Below are positions 11,092 to 24,609 of a DNA stretch of 64,000 nt, one piece after another. The first letter of the stretch is position 1. Every line of letters begins with the position of its first letter. Source of the DNA: Octopus vulgaris (lineage: Eukaryota); contig OX597822.1 of assembly GCA_951406725.2 (NCBI GenBank), positions 18,662,001-18,726,000 on the forward strand, read 5' to 3'. Under the pieces are notes generated by a model. The model saw only the letters and a list, made by a program, of their open reading frames with translations. It was not told where the DNA came from and did no database searches. Position numbers and translations under genes: made by a program.

Positions 11092-13479
11092 TCTATATAT
11101 ATAAAACTGTAGTTGTGTGAGTGTCTGTCTCCTACGATTTAGATTCCTAACTCCTCCCACATTTTGCGGTGCAGTTTAACCAAATTCGGGTATCTTATAG
11201 TCGTGATTAATATCGAGCCCGTCTGGCTATTAGCGCGCGTCTACGATTTTAAAAATAATTTAACATAATTTTTTATTCCATTTTAATGCATAATTTTTCG
11301 TGTGTCGATGGCGGCGGAGTTGGCGTCCACGCTCAAACACCTGCACCTGTGTTTGCTTCTCCCCCTTCTTCCCTCCCTCGTGAAGCTGTGGGGAAGGGAG
11401 TTTAAGGAAATCAACGTCGTAATGCGTTGTCGAGGAGACCAGCGTTCTTTTAGAACAACGACTTCATGGCTTGAAGACACCAAAACAGAAATGGCTAAGA
11501 AAGCCCGAATTGGCATCTATAAGGGAAGTAAGTCTCTAAAAATGCTTATATAGTTATTTCCCTTACAAACCCGAGCAACGCCGGGCGATACTGCTAGTCT
11601 ATATATATAAAAATGAAGTTGTGTGAGTATCTGTCTCCTACGATTTAGATTCCTAACTACTCCCACATTTTGCAGTGCAGTTTAACCAAATTCGGGTATC
11701 TTATAGTCGTGATTCATATCGAGCCCGTCTGGGTATTAGCGCGCGTCTACGAAATAATTTACCATAATTTTTTTCCATTTTAACGCATATTTTTTAAATA
11801 AAGGGCTCACACCTGCACCTGTGTTGCTTCTCCCCCTTCTTCCCTCCCTCGTGAAGCTGTGGGGAAGGGAGTGTAAGGAAATCAACGTCGTAAAGCGTTG
11901 TCAAGGAGACCAGCGTTCTTTTAGAACAATGACTTCATGGCTTGAAGACACCAAAACAGAAATGGCTAAGAAAGCCCGAAAGCAAATTCTACAAAATCGG
12001 GAAACACGCCACACAGGGAAAGTTTCCCGTGCAAATAATTTGCACAACCGAATGTTATAGTTGTTGCACAACTTTTACTTAAAAAATATTATCCAAACAC
12101 AAACTTTTGAAGGCAATATTGTATGGCGATGGTACTTGTGAAATATGGTAATGGATTTAGTAGCCAAAAGGAGAGAGCAGAGGCATAGTGTGGAGGCGGT
12201 GGTAGTCGCAGCGGTGGTGGCGGTGGTGCTGGTAGTGGTGATGGTGGTCATGGTCGTGGTGGTCGTCGTGTTTGTAGTGGTGGTGGGGGTGGTGGGAGTA
12301 GTGATGATGGTGGTGGTGGTGGTCGTGGTGATGATGGTGGTGGTGATGGTCATGGGCATAGTGGTGGTGGTGGTGGTGGCTGAAGCTGTCGTCTGGGTTC
12401 TTCCAATTTTTTCGTGTGTCGGTGGCGGCGTTGGCGTTCATGCTCGCACCTGCACCTGTGTAGCTCCTCCCCTTCTTCCCTCCCTCGTGAAGCTGTGGGG
12501 AAGGCAGGGTAGGGAAATCAACGTCGTAAAGCGTTGTCAAGGAGACCAGCGTTCTTTTAGAACAACGACTTCATGGCTTGAAGTCGCCAAAACAGAAATC
12601 GCTAAAAAAGCTGAAACAGATCCACAAAAACAGCAAAAACTGCCACACAGGGCAGGTTTCCTGTGCAAACAATTTGCACAACCGAATGTTTTAGTTGTTG
12701 CACAAATCTTTATATATAAAAGTGAAGTTGTGTGTCTGTCTCCTACGATTTAGATTCCTAACTACTCCCACATTTTGCGGTGCAGTTTAACCAAAACCGG
12801 GTATCTTATAGTCGTGATTCATATTGAGCCCTTCTGGGTATTAGCGCGCATCTACGATGAGTCTACGATTTAAAAAAAACTTACCATCATGTTTTCCATT
12901 TTAATGCATTTTTTGGCTATTATATAAGGGAAGTAACTCTCTAAAAATGTCTGCGATGAGTCAACGATTAAAAAAAAAAATTACCAACATTTTTTATTAC
13001 ATTTTTAATGCATTTCTTTGCTATTTTTTTGCTATAACTCTCTAAAAATGCTTATATAGTTATTTCCCTTACAAACCCGAGCAACGCCGGGCGATACTGC
13101 TAGTCTTTATATATAAAAGAGAGGTTGTGTGTCTGTCTCCTACGATTTAGATTCCTAACTACTCCCACATTTTGCGGTGCAGTTTAACCAAAACCGGGTA
13201 TCTTATAGTCGTGATTCATATCAAGCCCTTCTGGGTATTAGCACGCGTTTATGATGAGTCTACGATTTAAAAAAAAATTTACCATCATTTTTTCCATTTT
13301 AATGCATTTTTTTTGCTATTATATAAGTAATGATGAGTCAACGATTTAAAAAAAAATTTACCATAATTTTTTTTCCATTTTTAATGCATTTTTTGGCTAT
13401 TTTTTTGCTATAACTCTCTAAAAATGCTTATATAGTTATTTCCCTTACAAACCCGAGCAATGCCGGGCGATACTGCTAG
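11092..13479 (+). mobile_element. Head-to-tail array of non-autonomous Helitrons (4 5' ends, 3 3' ends)
   Basis: 5' TC(T)TATATATAAAA at 11092, 11598, 12707 and 13104. 3' hairpin CCCGAGCAA(C/T)GCCGGG followed by GATACTGCTAG ends at 11597, 13103 and 13479. Flanked by A and T, no TSD. Confidence 0.9.
12185..12380 (+). repeat. (GTG)n-like degenerate trinucleotide tract inside Helitron unit 2
   Basis: Direct reading; source of the poly-V/poly-H/poly-T ORFs. Confidence 0.9.
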
Positions 13480-13498
13480 TTACAAATATTCCTGTCAC

Positions 13499-14291
13499 GG
13501 ATCTTTTCATTTTGAACAGCACTTTGTAACATAATTTCTAGGTAACTAAAAAGTTTTAAACTTCGTATACTGGTAGAATGTGTTTATAAAACATCATTTT
13601 CTCTTGGCTTTATTGAGAAAATTCTATATGTTGTAACATATTTCGTCTTTAATTTCGAGCATTTCGGCAATTTTAACCAATCGCTGACCTCCATTTAGGT
13701 AAATAACATTCTGTGCATAATGAATATGTCCCCCCTTTAAGAAACAGATTGGGTTTATTTACATTTGTGAAGAAAAAAAGATACCCTTCCTCAATCCCTA
13801 ACCCTAACTAACCCTAACTCTAAAATAGATTGAAATGCAATAGATCGATACTAGGGCCATAATTATGGGTGACATTTTCATTTGACACCGCTAGAAAAAA
13901 ATCCCATTTTCAGTAGCAGTGTCGTATGAAATTGTCACCCATATTTGTAACCCTAGTATCAATCTATTGCATTTCAATCTATTTTAGATTTAGGGTTAGG
14001 GGTGGGGGAAAGGTATCTTTTTTCTTGACAAATGTAAATAAACCCAATCTGTTTCTTAAAGGAGGGACAGAATGCACAGAATGTTATTTACGTAAATGGA
14101 GGTCAGTGATTGGTTAAAATTGCCAAAATGCTCAAAATTGAAGACAAAATATCTTACAACATATAGAATTTTCTCAATAAAGCCAAGAAAAAATGATGTT
14201 TTATAAACACATTCTACCAGTATACGAAGTTTAAAAGTGTTTAGTTAACTAGAAATTGTGTTGAAAAGTGCCGTTCAAAAGGAAAAGATCC
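13499..14291. mobile_element. Foldback MITE with GGATC...GATCC ends and 8-bp TSD
   Basis: CCTGTCAC at 13491-13498 and 14292-14299. Arms of about 370-380 bp are reverse complements around a spacer of about 45 bp. The arms contain CCCTAA/TTAGGG runs. Confidence 0.92.
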
Positions 14292-17015
14292 CCTGTCACA
14301 GAATTTCCAAAAGTAAAACAATAAACACAGTTGATTATCTTAATCAGTAGATTACCCTTATCCAACAGAAACTGGTTTTGCATTAGGTTATATTATCCCA
14401 TTAGAGTTTACTATTAACCCATCCAATTTGTGTCACTTTTTAGATATTAATGTGACTATGGTAAATTTTGAAGACTCGCAAGGCCTTATGTAATGAAATC
14501 TTTCTGGACCATTAGTAATGCTTCTGCTCACTGATAACATTTTGATTTGGGTTTTAATCTTGGTAAAGATTTTCTTAATATGCTTAAAATAGAAATGTTA
14601 CATTTCCTTTAAATATTTTATTTCTAAGAAAATCATGATTCCTTTCCTCAAAACACCAAGCACATAATGCTCCCTGTGAGCTCATAATACTTTTAAGGGA
14701 GCTACACTCCTGTTAAAAACCACTGTGCTACAGTAATTGTGCTATATTTCAAATGAAATACAATGTCTAGGGTTTTTTATTTATTTATGTTGAGAAAATC
14801 AAGAAATTAGTTAAATAACTAACATGTTATTTTCTCAATTAAGCATAAAAATTAAATTTTCATTGAAATTAGTTCTTATTTCTTGAAAATACCTTCTTTT
14901 TTTTATTTTACTTTGGAAAGTCACTAAGAATTGCAGCTAGATTTTGTTTTCCATTCTCCAAGTAGGAAGCAAGTTTGAATTCATTGAGAATTGTTTGCAT
15001 CTGTCATTCAGTACATCAGTACCTACATAAATATTTTGTAATTAATAAGTTACTATTTGGAACATAATTTAACAAAGAGATTCTAACACTAAAATATGAT
15101 AGGAAGAATTAATGCGAGTGCAAAACTTTAAAATGAACTAAAAGTAGTTTCAAGTGGATTGGTATTGAAAAGAGTTAAATTTGTTCATTTTTGATAAGTT
15201 TGCTTGTGAAGATTCTTCATTTAGTCTGGAGAGAGGGTAGAGCTTAGGATTCCGTAAAGGATCTCCAAGACTGGTGGGAATGATGGAAGGAAGAAGGTCT
15301 TCTCAAACCAGAGACCTTGCTTGAATGCTTGCAACTGAGTTGGGTTCCACTTAGGGTACCCACAGGCCAATCAGTGGTGTTAAACTGATTGAAATATTCA
15401 CTCTACCCAATATATTGATTTGAAGATGCCCTATCACGAAAAGTGTTCTGGTTTATGTGATTCCTCCAACCGTAAAATATAACTAGAAAATATCTTTTAA
15501 CCAGACTTTTTTTTTTTTTCATTCAGTCTCATTTGGTCAGATAGAGTTCTGTAGAGAAAAACAATCTCAGATTTTTAGCTCAGTACTTTTGACTTACTGA
15601 GCTAATATCTAAGTGCAACACAAATTACTATGAAGTGGAACTTTTATTTACTACTTATTATCTTCCAAACATCTTTTTCAAGCTGCATTGCTCTTGTTTT
15701 ACCTTTCTACCTTTTCCTTTCCTCTTTCTATTGAAGATGTATTCTTTTCAGATTTCTTAACAATACTTTCTTTACTGTGGACTTTAATTTTCATTATTTT
15801 TATTTGTTTCATTTTCCTGTTTTTCTTCATCTTTTTATTTCTTGTTTTATTTATTTATTGCCAGTTTTCAATCTGGCTTCTACCATTTCTGTATATTTCA
15901 GAATTTCGTGGTTTGATTACTTGATTACTTTAAGTATTTCTCTCTGTCTCGGTGATAACAAAAAAAAAAAAAATGATTTTTTATTGTTGCATTTATAATG
16001 CTATGCTTCAGGCTTATGTTTTTTCCTTTCTCGATAATACTGTTTCAAAACGATTATTAACCCATAAAAAATATTAAGTAGATTCGTGTAATCTTTTGTT
16101 TATTGTTGTCTATTTGAAATGATTGATATCTCTCACATGATGTGGTAAAAACCTGTAGCATAGAAATCTGTTTTTCACTCTAAGAAGCCTATCTCTCATT
16201 AAAGGAAAGCCTGTAGAAAATTAACAGATGGTATTTCCTTGCAATGAGGCACAGGAGAATAACACTTATAATTATATTACAAAAAAATAATTGTATCGGT
16301 TCATTGGTTGTTAAGGGAAAGACATCATGCCACAACTAACTGTTCTTTCTTTCTTATTTTTTTTTCTGGAGCAAATTTAAGTTTGATGGAAAGTAGTATA
16401 TCATATAATTTGGATGCATTTATTTTATTTAATTTTCTTTTCTTCTTCTTTGTTTCAACTATAAAGTCCTTTAATATTCATTGTATAACTGCTATTGCGA
16501 TTCTCTTCAGTACAAAACAACTAAGGCTTTATCAATTGTACTATATCATTTCATTAAGGAAAGAAAGAAAAAAGAAAATATTTTGGCAAAGAGAAAGTTA
16601 GGAAAGCTCTATGATGTATGCTGCATTTCATTAGGAAGAAGTTTTTTTTTTTAATTATTAGTTACGTAGAAAGAGTGACAGAGACAAGTAAATGTAATTT
16701 TAAATTTATATACAATTTAATAAGAACACTCCAATGTTATTTTTTCCCCCGCAGAAATAACCATTGTAACTGCAGGTGCACTACAGCTGCAGTTGTTTCA
16801 TAGACTATGTCTTAGGTTGTTATAAGAAGAATAATATGGTTTGTTGTGTAGTATCTACCATGTCATTGCCATCATTAATTTATGCCAAATCATGGCTCTC
16901 AACCTGAAAATAAATATACCAACTTCCAAATCTTATTCTCATATTTTTTAAACTGAAGGATGCATATTACTTCTTCAGGAGCCTTTTTTAGACAGGTACA
17001 ACTCCTCATATACGC

Positions 17016-17400
17016 TTTTACTTGTTTCAGTCATTTGACTGCGGCCATGCTGGAGCACCATCTTTAGTCGAGCAAATCGACCCCAGGACTTTTTCTTTGT
17101 AAGCCTAGTACTTATTCTATCGGTCTCTTTTGCCAAACCGCTAAGTTACAGGGATGCAAACACACCAGCATCGGTTGTCAAGTGATGTTGGGGGGACAAG
17201 CACAGACACACAAACATACACACACATACATATATACGACGGGCTTCTTTCAGTTTCCATCTACCAAATCCACTCACAAGGCTTTGGTTGGCCCAAGGCT
17301 ATAATAGAAGACATTTGCCCAAGGTGCCATGCAGTAGGAATGAACCCAGAACCATGTGGTTGGTAAATGAGCTACTTACCACACAGCCACTCCAGTGCCT
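17016..17400 (-). mobile_element. tRNA-derived SINE (most abundant family in the window), near full length
   Basis: Minus strand: tRNA-like head gagtggctgtgtggtaagtagc...gggttca, CORE-like ccttgggcaaatgtcttct, internal TA/TG tract, tail gactgaaacaagtaaa. Many paralogues in the window. Confidence 0.9.
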
Positions 17401-18707
17401 ATTATAATTTATTTATAATTTTTTTTTCCCTTGATAAATCTGGAGGTAGGGGCAGTGTGCATGGTCTCTGCATACCCTCTGAGTTAAAGCCATTCATTGA
17501 AATTGTTACAGATCAAAGACATGAACAAGAAGAGGATTCCTGAGAGCTGATATTTTGGGGAGGAAGGATAAGGAATAATAGTTAAGGCAAAGCCAGGGAG
17601 GAGGGGATGTTAGATAGAACAAGGATAATAAAAGGTGGAGGAGTAGGTTGGGTGGACAAGTGGGTGATGTAAATGAAACTTGTAACGGACACCCAGCTTG
17701 CCAGATCAATTTCAGTAAATGCTTGTAAAGTTGCAGGTTGTATCAGAAAAGATTTCCTTTGCTGACAATTAGAAATTTTAAATTAGAAAGTAGCCCACAT
17801 TAAATTAAAAGAAAATAGTAGGTTGTCTTGAAAAGTAGAAAGACTTGCTCCATGCAAGATATTTATAGACAAGAATTAATGAGATTATGTGGCATTGATG
17901 CCTTTCATGAGAACATTAGTGACACAACTAAAGAGATATGACTTCAATGGCTCCCACTTTCTATCCTTTATTTGAAGTCTTAGATTTTTTTTTCCTTATT
18001 TTTTCTTAGATTATTCAAGAAGAATCTGATGCACTTTTATATTTCAAAATATGATTTAAATAGTTTACAGTTTTATTTTTTATTTTACTTTTAAAATAAT
18101 TTCTCTATTCATCAAATCAACATTTTTACTTTTAGCAGTGTTCTTTCAGAAGATTATAAATAAATACTTTGTTTTTTACAAATTAAACATTTTATATATT
18201 TTCTACCATATTCGTTTTATCTTTTGGATCTTCCAAACTTCATATTTCAAAGTTTGATTTTTATCAGAAGAGTAAGAGAAAAAACAAAGAAATTTCTTAT
18301 ACAAATGGGCTGTTGTGCTATATTTGGAAATAATATTTCTTTGCACTAAATAACCTAGACTCTCTCTCTCTCATCATCATCTACGTTTAATGACAATTTG
18401 TGTGAAATGTTTCAGCTGTTCCATTTTTATTTTATTTATATATTTATATAGTTATTGGAAATGTAAAACAATACCTAAATGATTCCATATTGAGATTTTG
18501 CAGTCTTATCTAATGCCAAAAGGTTTTTACTTTGTGAGTTCTTCCTTTTCCATTTCTGTTATTCTTTAGCTTTTGAGTGTAGACTTCACAGAGGAAGAAC
18601 ACAAAGAAAAGAAAAAAAAAATGAGAAAAAACAAATACATGTACTGTAAGCATATTCATGCAGCAGCTTCAATAAAAAAAAGGCAGGAACTAAAAACCAT
18701 TACACAC

Positions 18708-18757
<50 letters not shown>

Positions 18758-19044
18758 GACAGAGTGTTTGTGTACCATGTGTAAGACACCATTTTTCTTC
18801 ACTATACTTTTGAAAATTTTGACATGCTTATGAGCCACGTGTTAGTTCATTGCAAAGCTTTTCATTTTTTGTTTAGAGTATTAAAAAATTTTTTTTGTTA
18901 ATATTTTCACCTACACTATAGTACATTTATACTTCTGTGCAGAAAAATGAGATTTTTGTGGAATAATGACAATTTTTTTTTAACATGCAAATTTCTTTGA
19001 GAAATTTCCCTGGGGAAAAATGTCCCAGCCAGTGCCATGGTAAA

Positions 19045-19362
19045 AGGGAAAGAGCCTCTTCGGTCATGAATGACCATGGAATTGTACTTAGAAAGTTTCC
19101 ATCCAAGGCACAAGTCCAGGCAAGGTTTTTATGGAAGACCAGCAGTTGTCCGTACTACCAGCCTCTCCTCTCCAAACCACCAATGTTATCTAAGGGAAGG
19201 TAAAGTCCACTTCAGCTTGGTTACAGCTCACTGCTACAGCTGAATGAACTGGAGCAACATGAAAAGTAATATGTCTTGCTCAAGAAGCCAACACACAGCC
19301 TGATTCAGGAATCAAACTCACTACCTCTTGATTGTGAGTCCAAAATTCTAACCACTGAGCCA
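19045..19362 (-). mobile_element. tRNA-derived SINE, degenerate
   Basis: Minus strand head ggctcagtggttagaattttggactcacaatc...gagtttgattcc, followed by ttcttgagcaagacat. Confidence 0.6.
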
Positions 19363-19496
19363 TAGGTGTTTAGGGTAAATCCCAGCTGTTTTCTCTCAAA
19401 ATACATCTGCTTACTCCATTATTACAATCAATATGTATCCATTATTATTGTTGTATGTAAATCAAAGCACATATTGAAATTGAGATTATGGAAATA

Positions 19497-19878
19497 CTAG
19501 CAGTATCGCCCGGCGTTGCTCAGGTTTGTAAGGGAAATAACTATAAAGCATTTTTAGAGAGTTATAGCCAAAAAATAGCAAAAAATGGAAAAAAATGATG
19601 GTAAATTTTTTTGAGAGTGAAAAAAGGTGGAGTTGCGTCCCCTAGACAGTTTGCGGTTTGTGTTTCTGATTCTCGACCCCATGTCGAATTTATCGATTTT
19701 TTTCAGAACTGGGTGAACTTTTCAAAATTTTCGCTACGTTAGTTTTGAATTATGACATTGGGCTATGTGTGTGTCAAGTTTCATCAGAATCGGTTGAAAG
19801 CCGTGGTCAGGGTGAGGGTACAAGCAAACAGACACACAGAAACACCCACAGACAAACTGCCGTTTATATAGAGAGAGA
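19497..19878 (-). mobile_element. Non-autonomous Helitron sharing its 3' end with the 11-13 kb array
   Basis: Minus strand begins A|TCTCTCTCTATATAAA and ends ...GAGCAACGCCGGGCGATACTGCTAG|T. Confidence 0.85.
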
Positions 19879-19919
19879 TTATTTGCAGAGTTGTTGAATA
19901 AAGAAAATGGGAAAACGTT

Positions 19920-20030
19920 GGTATTATTTATTCTCCATTACATGTGTTTCATTTTCTAATAGGCATCACAATGAAGCTTTGTGATTCCTAATAGAAAATG
20001 AAACACATGTAATGGAAAATAAATAGTACC
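19920..20030. repeat. Near-perfect 111-bp palindrome (52-bp arms, 7-nt loop)
   Basis: The arms differ at 4 positions when reverse-complemented. Confidence 0.9.
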
Positions 20031-20040
20031 CAAAAATTTG

Positions 20041-20130
20041 GCACCTTGGGCAAGTGTCTTCTACTACAGCCACGAGCTGACCAAAGCTTTGTGAGTGGAT
20101 TTGGCAGACAGAAACTGAAAGAAGCTCATC

Positions 20131-20175
<45 letters not shown>

Positions 20176-20625
20176 GTGTGTGTGTCTGTATTTGTCCCCC
20201 CACCAACATTGCTTGACAACATCCCTGTAACTTAGCGGTTTGGTAAAAAAAGGCTGATACAGACTGTGACCATGGTGGAGCCTTGAAGATTTTTACTTGA
20301 ATGAACTGGCCCCAGAAGTTATTTTTTAAAGACTGGTGCTTATTTTATCAATCTCACCTACTGAACTGCTATGTTACAGGGACATAAACACACCAACACC
20401 AGTTGTCAAGTGTTGGTGGTGGGGGACAGACCTAGACACAAAGACACACACATACATACACCCCCCCACACACATATATATACACAATGGGTTTCTTTCA
20501 CTTTCCATCGACCAAATTCACTCACAAAGCTTTGGTTGGTCTCTGTTTATAGTAGAAGACACCCAAGGTGCCACCCAGTGAGGCTGAATCTGAAACCATG
20601 CAGATGGGAAGCAAACTTCTTGCCA
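20041..20625. mobile_element. Two degenerate copies of the abundant SINE in opposite orientation
   Basis: About 20041-20260 (+) and about 20270-20625 (-) both match parts of 17016-17400. Confidence 0.75.
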
Positions 20626-21789
20626 CACATCATCATTTTAGCATCGACCTTTCTATGCACAATTAGCAAAGCATACTTCCTTTAATCACCCGAAGCCTTT
20701 AGCCATGACTCAGTGAGTTCTGCATGTGCATGCTTCTTCAGAAAGCTGCTTGTCTGGAAAGGGCATGAATGCCACAACCTCTCATTTCCTGTTTCCTCAC
20801 ACTTCATCAAATATAGATCTTTTGATCCTACTTAGAACACAAAATAGAAAAAAAATAAAAACACAATCTATATTAGAATTCCAACCTCAATATCAATGTG
20901 AAATCGTTATAAAGTCTACTGGTTCTTTTACAGGAAAAAGTGATTAAATAGTTATATAATTGACTGCATTCTTTCTTCATACTAAGTAAAGTCAATATAG
21001 AAGAGATTAGTTGTGAATGGCAATTAATTCTCTTCTATCTGTGCAATCTTTGCTAGATCCACTTACTTGCAATGGAAAAATATGCAAAGTTTTCTTTGGA
21101 ACATATAACTCAATTGTATTTAGGAGATTATTCAATAATGATTTCTTTCTTTTAGACTTCTCCACTAATTTCTTTTTTCTCTGTCTATGTCTCTGTCTCA
21201 CCATGTGTGTGTGTGTATTGCATAAAAAAGGAAAAAAATTAGCCATACATCTATATATGGCTAACATTTTGCTTTCTAACTTCTATAGAATCGCTTATTA
21301 TACTGTTCTTAAAAATTATATTGACTGATTTAACATTTTTCTTCTCATACACCCTCTACAGCTTCCTTCTTTTTTCTTAAATTTCCTGTCTCTGTTGCAC
21401 TACAGCACCTCACCTACCTCACTTCAAAAAAGTCTATTTGTCTGGTAGTTGCTTTCTGGTAGCCTTCATTTGCTTATTGTTATCATATACATGCTTTGTA
21501 TTGCCCAATAGTTGCTTGCTGTCATCCTGTTCTTGCTAGCTGTTGTCCTAGAATTGCTTTTTATTTTGCTTACTGTTGTCTTAGAATTGCTGTTTGTTAT
21601 TCTGTTCTTATTGCCCAATACTCTTTAGTTGCTGGCAGTGATTCTAATTATCAAACTCAAATGACAGGAAGATTAAGATGCTGGATTACTTATGACAAAT
21701 GTTGTGTTCCTGAGTGAGTGAGTCCCTTAACTTTGCTTCATTCAGGTTACCTATCAAAACAGATTTTCCTTTTCTTCAGGGATAGTGAC

Positions 21790-22390
21790 TACCTTTGTAT
21801 TGGCCTTTCCCTATGGTGTGGTCTCCAGATCCATGAGCCTCATAAATGCCACTGCAGATCCTCTGTGGATTCTTTCAGCCCCTACCCACTGCCCTGCCAT
21901 CATAGTGCTGGCTGTCTTCCCTGCTATCCTACCTTAACAAGATCCTAAAGCAGAGCTTTGACATCACAGGATTCCCTGCCCAGCTTGAGCCAGTGGAGTT
22001 AGACCGAGGGGATGGTAAAAGGTTGGACAGTATTACAATTTTCAAATTCTTTGGTAGTAGGCACCTCACCTGGGATGCCACATATTGTAACATTTCCAGA
22101 GGCAACTTGGTGTTGTCAACCACCATCCCAGCCTCCATTGTTTATCAGGCTGAGAAAAACAAACTGTCAAGATATTGATCACTCACCAACAATTTATGGC
22201 TAAGCTTGTGACATTTGAGACCCCCAACATTCTCCCCCCCCCCATCCCCGGACCATATCCCTGTTCCCTGCTATCAGAGTGGAGATTGCTGTCTGCAAGG
22301 GCAAGCCCTATGAGTGAGAATGGCTGTTTGAGCACATCTCCCTATCCATCCTCTGAGGCAACGCCTTTTCTGTTTTGTTTGTTGGTGCCA
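21790..22390 (+). pseudogene. CRE-like non-LTR retrotransposon C-terminus (Zn knuckle + restriction-like endonuclease), decayed
   Basis: Frameshifted translation PHKCHC..VD....LPC..SAG...LN.ILK...PAQLEP..LDRGDGKRLD.IT...GRHLTWDAT...AEKNK..RY...ET. Confidence 0.75.
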
Positions 22391-22669
22391 TGAGAAATGT
22401 CATTCTGTGACTTTATCAAAGAGTTTAATGACATCTGCTTAACTGTGCATAAAATTATATCATAACAGTGCTTACGGAACTGCTGATGGCTGTCTTGTAC
22501 AGCCTTGAAACAAGAACAATGGTTGACTGTAACAAGATCAACAAGTTGTATAGAGCAAAAGGACAAATAAAAATAAAAGAAAAAAGAAAAAAAAGGAAAA
22601 ATTCATAGGTGCAGAGAGTGAGAGAGACAGACAGAAGAAGAAAAGTAAAGTTAAGAGTGCGCATCATAA

Positions 22670-23810
22670 TTATTAAGATAAAACTTACTTGGAAGTGGAT
22701 GCATGGCATTCGATCATGGTCCTTTCTAATGCAGTGTTATAGTGATTTTATCAGAGGATAGATTAGAAATGTGCTTGCTAATGTCATTACCTAATTGTTT
22801 TATGATTGACAGTGGGTGGTTGGAATTTATGTCAATGTATGAGGTATCCTCATTTGGTTTGTGGTATGGTTTAAATTTGTTTGTACTAAGGTTTTTGTTA
22901 ACACCTAAGAAATTGACTTCTTTAAGATTAGTATTGTGGTTCTTAGATTTAGTTGCGTAAATATCCTTAACAGCGGGGCATCAGCATGGCCACAGCTCTG
23001 AGCTGAAACTAGAGAAAGAAAAATATATTCTCCTTAATTTTTTCCTTATCCTACTCATATCGTGTCCATTTTTGATCTGCATCACTCCTAAGTCATTGTC
23101 CCTATATAATCCTATGTCAGCTTTTATTCCCTTTTTAAGGATATCTAGACCTATTATTTCTGCACCATCATAGCTCTCCATCAAGACATCAAATAGTTCA
23201 TCCCTATTCTTTTTTACCTAGTAGGGATTATCATGAAAATTAATGACTTCCTTGCATTCATATTTATATCTATACCAGTATTAGTTATGGTAACATATGC
23301 TTTACTAAACTCAAGTGCCTTTTGGAGCAAGGTTTTCAAGATTGAAGGGTAAAACTCCATCATGTCAAATTGGATAAATTTGCATTTGGGATTTTCTTAA
23401 ACCATTTAATAGTTGCACTGCTACATATCCAGTGAGTAAGATTTGAGGAGGCTTTGATGTGTTATATGATGTTAATATAGATTACCTATTTCACTTTTTG
23501 TAGGAATTATCAATCTACAGTAAGGGTTTTGTGTAAAATTGTCTTTATGATCTTACAAAAGGATGTCATGGAATGAGTCATTCTGTCATTGATTTGTAGC
23601 TTTATAGTGAAATTTTTTGCCTCAACATTGATTAAATTATAAATGGTGGGGTTTGTTTTCTTATATATTTTGGTTATGTTATTGGTTAGTAATTTGCTAT
23701 GTGTGTGGTTGTTTACCTTATGAGCAGTTTTTGTTTTATGTGCTTCAATAAATGTGTTTGGGAATGGTTTAAAAGGTTCAAGGTAGGTTTGTAGTTTATG
23801 TTGGAAACTG
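22670..23810 (-). pseudogene. Penelope-like retroelement reverse transcriptase remnant
   Basis: MESYDGAEI.GL...IGLYRDNDLGV...RIRKKL (PLE MGSYDGAE / GLYRDDGL motifs), plus VNFLGV and KPY.KPN...YIDINSNHP segments. Many stops and indels. Confidence 0.8.
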
Positions 23811-24108
23811 TTGGATTTATGGAGAGAGAGAGAGAGCATGAGATTTCAGACGCGTGTATGAATTTACTCTTTACATCACTTCCTTTTCATTTGGTAAAGA
23901 TAATAAAAAACTAGTTGTGGGTCACCATTATTGATTAGCCTTGGAAATTCTTGGTGATAACTTACAGAGACTGTCTATTTCATTACTACTGATTTCATCC
24001 ATCACCAGATAAAACTTTGTTATCGTGCAAGACAATTTCTCTGCATATGAGTCTAGCCAACAACTTTTGTATTCACTCTATATTAGTAATGTAAGCATTA
24101 AAAATATT

Positions 24109-24300
24109 CTTTTCTACTCTAGGCACAAGGCCCAAAATTTTGGGTGAGGGGCCAATCGATTAGATCAACCCGAGTACACAACTGGTACTTAATTTATCAA
24201 CCCCAAAAGGATGAAAGGCAAAGTTGACCTTCGTGGAATGTGAACTCAGAACATAAAGACAGACAAAATACCGCTAAGCATTTTGCCCAGCATGCTAACA
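24109..24300 (-). mobile_element. SINE (Meta-domain-like family)
   Basis: Reverse complement of the gttagcatgctgggcaaaatgcttagcggtattt...ctttgcctttcatcctttt...aagtaccagt family. Confidence 0.8.
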
Positions 24301-24609
24301 CTTTAAAAATATTGACTTTGCTCTCAAAATAATATTTTGAAGATAAAGTTACATTGAGAAGGTTTCTTTTTTTTTATTTTTATTTTAGTCTGCAGTTGTT
24401 TAGTTGCTGGTCAGCATTGGTTTAGAAGACCTATTCTTCAAGTTGTTCCATCAGTGACCATCTCCACTAAATATTCAGATGGGGCATATGTTAGACAAAG
24501 GCAATTTTTGCAATGCCCATGCAGTAGGTTTTCATTTATTCAAAGACAACATTTCAGTTTTCTGTTTACAATTTTTTTTTTCTTATATCAAAATCCTTAC
24601 AATTAGTTT

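Noticed and set aside
12075-12753. Poly-Val, poly-His and poly-Thr ORFs up to 202 aa
   Set aside because: They arise from a (GTG)n tract inside a non-autonomous Helitron; no domain motifs.
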